The position numbers and the translations under genes were made by a program. A stretch of DNA of 64,000 bases from Tubulanus polymorphus (lineage: Eukaryota > Animalia > Nemertea): NCBI RefSeq assembly GCF_964204645.1, contig NC_134033.1:330131-394130 (forward strand), in the 5' to 3' direction. Positions within the stretch are counted from its first letter, which is position 1, and each line of letters begins with the position of its first letter. This document shows positions 54,026 through 64,000 of this stretch, piece after piece. The notes below the pieces were generated by a model. It was not told the origin of the DNA. It saw nothing but the letters and a program-made list of their open reading frames with translations, and did no database searches.

Positions 54026-54747
54026 ACTTGTACGTTTTTATGTTCAGTTCAACACTGAAGAAAATGAATCAGAATTTGAAATTAACGGCTACATTATTTA
54101 ACACGTGATTCAGAGCTTGATTTCTTTAAGTTCCTATTTTTTTGTTGTATTTTCTGTTGTTTAAAAGTATTGAATTCCGGCCGATCTACCGCGAGTCACA
54201 GATTTAATGAAGCGAGGAATAAAGATTGAAGTGACGACGTGATGAAGGTTTCGGTTCAACAGCTCATTAAACACACAACACACGAAATTAAACTCATTTG
54301 GTGCGTTATTTCAATTACACTTCGCCTTCAAATGAAACGGCATCGATTGTTGTGTAAATGAGTTTACAATAAAATTCGCTTTTTGAAAGCGATTTATCAG
54401 TTGTTAATGAGCGCTCGCCTGCTCGCGACCGTTATAAACCGTTATATTTAAATTCATCTGAGATCAGAGACTATCGAACTATTGTGTGTTCCACATTATC
54501 CACAGTTAGGAATAGGTTAATTTTGAGAAATTTGACTGGTTCTGTAATTGATACCTGTGATGGAAGAGTCAGACCCTCAAACGCCTCAGTGTGAGGGGTA
54601 GGTCTAGGCTGTGTTTGGTGAGCAAGGTTTCTTATTAGAATTATCTCTAACTCGTCTCAGTAACGATAGGTGGAACTGTTTTATCAATCAAGTTTTTTGG
54701 TGACGTTTATTCGTCTGTACTATAGCTAGCTTTATACTTCCCGTGTT

Positions 54748-54765
54748 AGCCGGCAGGTGGCACTA
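54748..54765 (+). promoter_or_regulatory. CTCF-like binding motif
   Basis: AGCCGGCAGGTGGCACTA. Confidence 0.5.
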
Positions 54766-57700
54766 GTGGTAGTGTTTTGTTGTTGTTGGTTTGTCAATCA
54801 AAATCATCACCACAATAGAAGTGATAAAACCAATTAGTAATATTGAATGAACAGTTGTGTGTTGGCACCTCCAGTCAGACGACAGGCGCCACCGTCTTTT
54901 CATTAAACTACTGTCTTCCGAGACAACTGGCGGCCATCTTGGTACTTCAGATTGGTAACAATTAAAACGGTTTACAAAACAGGTCGCGACGGGAACCGTC
55001 GAGTATAATAGCGTGAAGCCAGTGTTTCATCGAGCAAGACCACTTGAAACTCGGTGGTTTGTGAGGAGAAGACGTTTTACAAGACCACAGACGGATTGAG
55101 ACAATCCCGTTGGCGTCTATAGCTCCCTGGTCGCATGTTTTGTATACATTCGTTAAGAAATAAGGCGTAAAAATAACAAAAACTGAAAAAGCACTTGAAA
55201 TTCTGATCTATCTTGACTTCTTTTCAATGAAAACATCCGCGCAGCCCGGATTCGAACCGCTCCCACGGCGGACAGGCGTCGTCGCCCTCTACAGTACTGC
55301 ATCTAGTAATCAGTACCGCTACAACGTAGAGGTCACGGTCACACACGACTGCAATGGCCGAAAAACTGCATCAGTTTTTCTTTTCTACTTAAAAAACAAA
55401 TCGTAGGTCAGGGTCACACATGTCACTCTAAATTTCACGATGAATGATTTTACATCGAATTTACGATTCACAATTGAACCATTTTCAGATGCGTTTTACT
55501 TTAAAAACCCCGAAGGAAACGGTTTTTGTGCGATTTCAATGTGAATTGTATGCACGCACTGTGGTCGTATTGAGTGGGAATTGAGTTGGAATTGAGGGGG
55601 AGGGTCTACGCTACATAATGAATGTCTATAGCTATATAATTATCTTCGAGTTTTCTTTGAAATACCACATGTCAATTTGACAGTAGAAATATCTTGTCTA
55701 AACGTTTCTCAAGAGCAGATAGTAGAAACTTGAAATATTCAGATACCTGTTGTTGACACTTAAGACACATTAGCGTCACCACCGCCGTATTTTTTAGATT
55801 CAAAATAAGAATTCAGAATGAAGATATGTAAAATATACAGCTTCTCAGAGCGATTCTAAAATATACCGCTTCTCAGGGCGATTCTAAACTGATACAAATA
55901 CTACGATAGACTGCGTTATAAAGTTTGAGCAAATCACTGGCGGTGTTTTAAGAAGTGGCCTGGTTACACGGCGATAGGTCTATGAAATTCTAAGATGTTT
56001 TTTTCATATCTTTAGTAACAATGATAGGCCTGAATCTAGACCCGTATAAAGATGGCCGCCTTCTTGAATTCCTCCTATGACATCACTGAACTGACACGAC
56101 GACAAATCAAAATTAACCTTTTCCTAATGAGCAAAATACTCGTAATGTTCTGGAAATATCAAGTTGAAATCGGAAAATATCTTGGAGTTCGTAATAAGAT
56201 CTGGAACACTAAGAAAGTAAAGAGTCTAAAGCACTTCATTTAATGCACAGGCGCAGTACGTTCAGCCCTAGGCTCGCCCTGTCGCCCTGTCTCCCTCGCA
56301 GCCCTAGGCTCGCACTGTCCCCCCTCAACTTATTTGGGCGCACGTGTATAAACTATGTATTTATGATGTTATTATCTAATCTTTTTTTAATGAAACAAGA
56401 TGAAAATAAATTAATACTGATATTATTATCATCATGATTATTATTATTATTATTATTATATCCATCTTTCAGGAGATCAATGATAACTTTTTCATGCTAT
56501 TCTGAGATTTTATATGATCTTTTAACTTGGACTCATAGTTTTTTTTCCGTTATCTGTTTCGGGCGATGGGCATTTATTTATTTATAATTTTTTCTAACGA
56601 CGGTATCGGCTTCGCGCTGTACACTTGACTTATGAGTTAATGTTTTTAATGTAATAAGCCGCGAGTAGGTGAAGTACTCTCCACTGTCTATACACCTCTC
56701 ACTAGGTATAAAACAGTTTAACAATGGCGTCTCACCGAGAGCACACACACTGTATTAAACACCAGATCGAGGAGAGTTCTTTACAGGGTGCAACACAAAA
56801 ATACATACGACTCAAGTAACCCGTAATAAAAACATTATGGGATACAGTTGCTCAATTGGCTAGTTGACCAGTTGAGTTCGGTTGCTCAAAATTTGGCTAG
56901 TTAACCAGTAAAAAATTTGAAAACGAAACTAACTTATCAAGGATTGAAATAGAAAATCAAAAGACCGACGTTTTAGGTTCCTGGAGATGGTCAGGTGTGT
57001 TATGAGACCTTGTCTCTCCCCCTCTCCCCCATCTCCTCTCGCTCCCCCTCTCTCAAAAACTTATAACTTATAACGTACAGTTTTGCACCCCTTGTACGGA
57101 GTTATTTGTCAATCAGATATAATTCGAGTTTTTAGCGTTGGAAAAAATAAGAAAGAAAGAAAGAAAGAAAGAAAGCTGTCAATATATAAAGCGATTGTCT
57201 ATGTGTACATACAGCCAGTGCGGCGTGATAAATTGTAATACTCTTCCTGCCCTCTCGCGTTCTTTCACAACCAAACGACTCATAATAGAAATAAAACGGG
57301 TTTTTAACTAGAGAAATTCTTTAATAGATAAATCTACCCCGTGTTCCGAACAAGCCTGGACAATAAACCCCCCGCGACGGTCGCTGTGGGATTCCTATGT
57401 AATGATCGACACTTCATATAAAGAATTGCTTTCAGTCAAAGATTTGTGACATTTCAATTGCTACGAACTGAATTAAAGATGGCCGCCACGGTCGAGAACG
57501 AGGTTCACCGTGTGTTACGGTGCGCGCTGGTAATTCTGCACCGAGTGAACTCGAGATTTAGAACGAGGCTAACACCTCTTTTTGAACCACTTTTTGATAA
57601 TGTCGATTTCTAAAACTGAGAATAAGAAAGATTTTCAAATCATGGCGGAATTGAGAATTCCGGTTTGAACGATGGCTGAACACTTCAGTTCGCGAGTAGC

Positions 57701-59145
57701 TCGTAAGAGGGCGCTGACAGGCAGTTTGAATGTACCCAGGAACCATCGGGGGAAGAAGGAAATCTACCTACCCCTACCCCCAGAAGAGTTTTCTAAAATC
57801 ATCACGATCTACGTTATTGATAACGAGTTGGACTCTAGATATAAAACCGACCGATCGATCAGCCTGCCCAGGGGGCCAGCCTAGGGCTTCCAGGGGGTAA
57901 ATACCACCTGTTTATGTCAATAGAGGGCAGTTCGAGGGTGGTATATCGAATGTTACGTAATGGTCAATATGAGCAGTTAAACATCTGCAGTTCAGTAAAT
58001 AGTTTTCTATTTCTAATAAACAGGTGAATCTATTCAGTTGAGGATTTAAATCATAATGTATCGATAGATTATAAAACGGAGCGATGACCAGCAGTGTTAC
58101 CCGTCGAAATAATAGTCAACACTCAGTGAAAGTATCAGTCATGGGTCTATATAGCGGACACCGCGTCAACACAAATCAAACGAAATCTACAAATCAAATA
58201 AATAACAGGATCGATCCCTATTTTTCAAGATGAAAAAAGTCTCATCCGTGACTCAAAAAGTCTAAAAGTGGTCATAATTTGTGAGACAAAAGAATCATAG
58301 AATCTCCTAGATATATTGGTTTCACTGGTTTCCGTAGACAATTAGTAAATAGTAGAATATCTGTAACAGGAAAATCGAAATAAATACCGTTGAAAATTGT
58401 TCCTTGAGAATTATTTTACTATCGTGAGTTTGGAATTCATTAGGGACCTTTATACGTTCCTAGTGAGATATTGTATAAACCAGGTTTTCAAAACTAAAAC
58501 ATTATCAGATCAGATCATTTCCAGGATTTTAATCTACGAAAATGAAATTCTATCGGTTTTTTCTATATGAAATTACTACTCAAACAGCGACAAACTCTAA
58601 ACTCCAAACAAAACGCGCGATCCTAAAAATGGTCGCAAACGCTTTTGATCGCAAACAACAATAATCAGCTGCGTCCACGTCCCGTTTGAATACAGAGAAA
58701 AAAAAACGAAGAATCGCCCACAAAATATCCACAGCATATGGTGCACTAGACAATTGAAATAAACCCTGCAGGCTCTCAGTGTCTCAAACACTTATTTGTT
58801 GAGTTCTGCTCTCACGATTCGGCTGTTGATTGGACCCGGGTGCAGCAGGTAGCCGGCCACCGCCGCCGCGTCAGGATAAAGGACCTGAATTTCTGTTCGT
58901 CGCAAAAATCGTATAAAATTCACCAGCTGTGGACGAGATTCCACCCAGATTCCACTATCTGTGTATACACAGTGGATGATTCCATCCGGATGATAGTTAT
59001 ACCCATAAAGAGATCTTAGGGTGTGATTATTTGACTGATATTTGCGCAATGTTTCCGGAACCTTTCAACAAAAGGAAGGCGGGTCGATTTCACAAAATGA
59101 TTTTTTTCGAAATTTGGCCACGGTCGTTCCACCTTAGTGGCTGGT

Positions 59146-59415
59146 GACCCTAGCTCGACCATAACCCTAACCCTAGCTCGACCATAACCCTAACCCTAGC
59201 TGGGACTCGACCCTTAGACCTCCAGCATGCCAGCTGAGCGCACTAACCACTAGACCATAGGCCGGTAGTGATTGACAGAGTTTGGAAGTTTTACTGGTCA
59301 GTGTTGGTGACCGGTGACCAATCAGGCGTGGTGACTGATGACCTAGTCGGCGTGGTACTGGTGACCGGTGACCAATCAGGTGTGGTGACTGGTGACCTAG
59401 TCGGCGTGGTGACTA
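59146..59415 (-). mobile_element. tRNA-derived SINE-like element with TTAGGG blocks (copy 3)
   Basis: Reverse strand reads GGCCTATGGTCTAGTGGTTAGTGCGCTCAGCTGGCATGCTGGAGGTCTAAGGGTCGAGTCCCAGCTAGGGTTAGGGTTATGGTCGAGCTAGGGTTAGGGTTA. Confidence 0.75.
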
Positions 59416-61080
59416 ATGGCTATCATTCCTCATCATTACAACAGTTTTTTATAGTAGAACTCAAATATAAGTGTTCTGTTAAAGGGCAGTTTACCAGGAT
59501 AATCACGTTTCCCTAGACAGACGTTTTAAGGCAATACTAGAACACATCGATACCAAGTCGGCCCTGACTTTCTGAATAGATATTTGATGAACTATATTCA
59601 TGAAATGCTTTACATCCTATGAGATTAGAAGATGAACTGATGAGTGAGTGTATGTTTGGGGATTTACAGCGCGACTGGTTCCCGCTTCACGGATTAACCG
59701 TACATTGACTGGTTCCCGCGTCGCGATCTGACACAGATTAATCATCGTTAATCCTAAATCCTCCTGATTTAATCCTCTGCGTCAGGTGCGAGTATGGATG
59801 TTAAATCTCTTTGTTTTAAGCGTGCCCATCCACTCGGTTAACCCTTAAACCTTTATATCGAGTTAATCAATTTGTTTATACACACGCGTCACAGCCGCTG
59901 ATGGGATTATACCGTACACAGTTTACTGGTCAAATCTAAACAAGGAAATATTTTATATTTAACTATCGGCTTACAGTCACATCTGGCGCTGGTCTCAGAG
60001 AGAGAAACATTGTTTCTCTATGATTTTTAAAGGGTAACTGACACTTTTTTTTTCATTTCAAAATTCGATAAGTTCAATCGAACTAAGGAAGATTTTGAAA
60101 TAGTTCTGTTCAAAGATGTGTAGTTTCCGCGAAAATCATGATTTTGTAAGACAAGTTTTGACCTCATTTCGTTGTATCATCGGCAATTTCCGTCGATCTC
60201 CGGCGCTGTGACGCCAATAAAGGCAGCACTGAAAATTCTCTTCTATGAGATAACGGTGCGTTTTTAATAAATGAATTCCATTTTTTTCATATTCACTATT
60301 TAGCGGAAATGGAGACCTAACCTGACGGTATGAACGCGGGATTTTCTATGAATTAGTTAGTAATAATATTCTAAGGTGTGTAGATTGGAATGATAAACGG
60401 TGGGAATTTCTAACGATAGTTTGCCCTCGGGCACCAGCGGGTTTATAGGGCGCCATGTCCAACCGTGACCTGCCTCTACATACACACACTGTTACAGCCC
60501 CACACTGACCGCCGCTGGGTATAAACCAGTCTAGTGCGAGGAATATTAGTTGTGATTTAATTGTCCCGATCTGTTCCACTCCTAATTACATTCAAACCGC
60601 TGTAATTATAATATATGCTGTCAATTTCGCTGTTGTTACGACAGACAGAAACCTTTCAATGGTCTAATACCATGATTAGAATATAGAGGGCGTATACAAA
60701 TTTCTGTTTATTGAAGATAAAACGAAATTTTTTAGGAAAACCTTCGCAAAAACTTATGGCTACGAGAATTTGAGTCGAAACGTCAAATGTGGGTTTGAGC
60801 TACCATGGAATATCGATCCACTATAAGTCAGCAGCCACGGCCGGATTCGAACCCGATCGGTGAGAAGGAGAATTATCATAAATCAGGTTACCTCGGTAAT
60901 TTGTCTGAACACGTGTTTAAATATCTGATCACGTGTTTGTGTATCCAGTAAGAAACACAGATTGACATGCACTTAATTCTAACAAGATGTTCCTCTATTT
61001 CTCACCCCATCTTTCTGCCTCTCCACTCTCACTCCCTCTCTCTCTCTCTCCCCCTCTCTCTCTCTGCCTCTCCACTCTCA

Positions 61081-61111
<31 letters not shown>

Positions 61112-61673
61112 CACTTTCACTCCCTCTCTATCTTACTCTCTCCCCATCTCTCTGCCTCTCCACTCTCTCTCCCTCTCTCTCTCCCTCTCACTCCCTCTCT
61201 CTGTTCTCTCTCTCTCTCTAGTCTCTCTTCTCTCGATGCTGTTGTATCAATATTGGATGTTTATCAAACACTGATTTGTAAACACTGCCCTGTGAAACCA
61301 GTGGCGAGATTCCAATCAGTTTATATAGGAAACCTACGAGGAACTCTAAAACGTTTCCTACCTACAAGAAATCGGACGAGATGATTCCTAGTTCATCCTG
61401 CTTATTCATACCCGATTCGAAACCTATTTCACGTAAAACTTTTTTACCAGAAACTTACTTAATACAAAAGTTTAAGATGCCATTGAAATATGCCTGAGTG
61501 CTTATATATGATGTGGCCTCGAGACTGGACCGGTCTCGCTACAGTAGTGGGAACTAAGATGAGTTTAGACCATATATATGAAGTTTTGTTTCGACTAGCT
61601 AGTTCAGTTAGCTAGAAAATTAATTTGTGATTTGAATCAGTATTTTTTGAATGACAGTAAAGATTATTTTCTA

Positions 61674-61723
<50 letters not shown>

Positions 61724-64000
61724 ACCCCTAATGCTCAATGTTGTCAGTATTGATGAGTGTAAACGTCAGTTTTAAACTAGTTGTTGTTATTTGGTTGTAA
61801 TTTTATCAGTTTCTGACGCGATGAAGTTTGCCGGATTCTGACACTTGATTGACAGATACTCAGTCAGTAACAGTCAGTACTTGTCGGATACGATTTCTAT
61901 TTTATCAATCAGCAGGACACGACTAAACATTTTTACGTTTTACCAACACGCTATATGCTACGCGCAGTGTTCTATCATCTCAGTTTAACTACAGCTTTAT
62001 CCGTTTTTTGGTTTTCACTGAGTTATCAAAATCAGAATTTAAGTTTATTGGCTAGAAAATTAAGATTGCACAAATTGAAATCGCTCAGGTCCCAATTTTT
62101 ATGAAAAAGTTTAACACAATTTTCTTAATTATTGTTAAACTGCTACTTTGCCAATTTATGCTTAACCGCTTTAAGCTTAAACAGAACCTTAAAGGATAAA
62201 CACAAATTATGGATGTTTTCACACAGGAATCCACATTGATCTAATTCGATTTTCCATCGCAAGACTTTCTAAGATCATGATCGGATTTAAAAGCAAACTG
62301 TTGAAAAATCTCGAAAAGCTGCTGAAAGGTTTACCCGATAAATACCATAGTAACTGATTTTATATCGCGAATGGTTTTGATTATGTTTGAGAGACTGTGG
62401 CCTCAGGTTTAGGTCCACGGCTGGTCACAGTTATAGCGAACTGCTCGCAGCCCTCGGGGAGAGACTCGGAGCGAACAGAATCGAGTATTTGAGTTGATGT
62501 TGCCTTCACCGTGGAAGTTTTAAACAAAGTGAAAGGTTATTGACTGCAGTAGTTTAAAGTCTCTCAGCGGGTGAGATACACACAGTTATCACCTACACAT
62601 GAATCCCTACGGTTTATCTACATAAACTATACCCTCTCCTCAACTCATCATGTGAATTATAGATCATACTGTCTCTCTCGTCTCACACGAGATACAACAT
62701 CTATTCGGGAAGACATAATATCATTATGATACCGATAAGTCTTATCTCGAATATCGATGTGATAAGTCTTATCTCGTACATCGATTGTAGTATCTCGCGC
62801 TAACTGGAATTGGCTCGAATCTTAAGACTTATGTCTCTCATTAAAACTAACAATATCAATTTAAACAAATGCAATTATTTTTTTATTGTGGACCCAAAAC
62901 GTGAGGAAAAATAATAACAATATTGTGGTTTACTCTTAATGAGACGCGCCATCAAGAATGTGATTGGTCTCAACTATTTACATTGTGAGACTATAGAATC
63001 AGAATGAACGCATATTTTACTTAAAACTTTCTGGTGAAATTTCCACCCAATCAGTGGCAGTGTGGTTTTCACCACAGAAATCTCCATCGCTCTACGATCA
63101 CAGTGTACCATGTCCATGACGGAGCCGTCCATATGTGCTGTATTCACGATGGAGCCGTCCCTGTGTACCTGTCCACGACGGAGCCGTCCCTATGTGCCGT
63201 ATCCACACGGAGCCAACCCTGTTCTAGTTGTTTTACAATGTAAACTCGTAGCCGGTAGTTGTTTTAGTTTGTAAAAACCCCCCGCAGAGTTCACTGGGGT
63301 GTCTCACAGTGGGGGTCTACTATCACTGCCCCCTAAAAGTCACTGCAGCAGCAGCTGCCAGGCGCGAGAAAGTAAGACGCAACCCAAAGTCTCCCATACA
63401 AATCAATTTTCTAATCAGAAATTAATTACTCGCCAAATTGAACAATATTTTTAGCCGCGGGGGTCGCGGGCACTTGACTGCATCGGCAGTTTGAGATAGC
63501 AAGTGTGAAATATCATTATCTTAGTAGAATATCACCAATAATATCCAATTATCATTTTTACTCCAATTGATATTTGCGACTCACAAGGAAACATTTTTTT
63601 TTCTATTTTCAAGGAATTTTCCTAAACGTAAAAAAATTACAATACAGATTTATTCTTTCGGCTTAGAAGAATTCCAAACGCGTTTCAAAAATGAATTGCC
63701 CATAGTGGAGCCCGGTTGGGCGCGCGTGGAGCCCGGTTGGGCGCTGGAGTTTGGGCTGATTTGTATAGAGCGCGGCGGTGTTCTGCTGTTTTATAACGGC
63801 CCGTTTTTATATCGCCGATCAAAAAAGAGATTTTATCTTAATCGAATCAAATGTTTATTTTGTGTGTGGCGCTTATTGGTGACGTCGCCACAGGGTCCGT
63901 TCTGAATGAACCTGAGTGTGTGAGTCTTATCAGCGTCAGGGATCAGTGTGTCCCGCTACGACAAATCAATACCGAACCCTTCGAGGCCCTGTCCGCACAA

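Overview
Eukaryotic (bilaterian invertebrate-like) genomic DNA, very rich in tandem repeats and small transposon derivatives. The left 27.5 kb holds three spliced genes that I reconstructed by hand with consistent splice phases: (1) the 5' part of GRTP1/TBC1D6 (Rab-GAP, minus strand, runs off the left edge); (2) TCTEX1D2/DYNLT2B (dynein-2 light chain, plus strand, 5 exons, 128 aa), head-to-head with GRTP1 across a 428-bp gap between the two ATGs; (3) a complete SMC4 (condensin subunit, minus strand, 26 coding exons, ~1281 aa), tail-to-tail with TCTEX1D2. The right 36 kb has no recognisable coding exon. It contains minisatellites, MITE-like elements, a tRNA-derived element with TTAGGG tails, Penelope-type hammerhead remnants and transcription-factor motifs. 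The most striking pattern is in the introns. At least 8 introns carry tandem copies of their own exon/intron junction, giving up to 11 decoy splice sites, and the only frame-preserving reconstruction always uses the exon-proximal copy. The SMC4 stop codon is itself amplified in an in-frame array. Near-consensus CTCF motifs repeatedly sit within ~10-35 nt of splice sites, including 12 in tandem in TCTEX1D2 intron 2. All copy counts are by eye, and gene names rest on my recall of family motifs, not on database searches.
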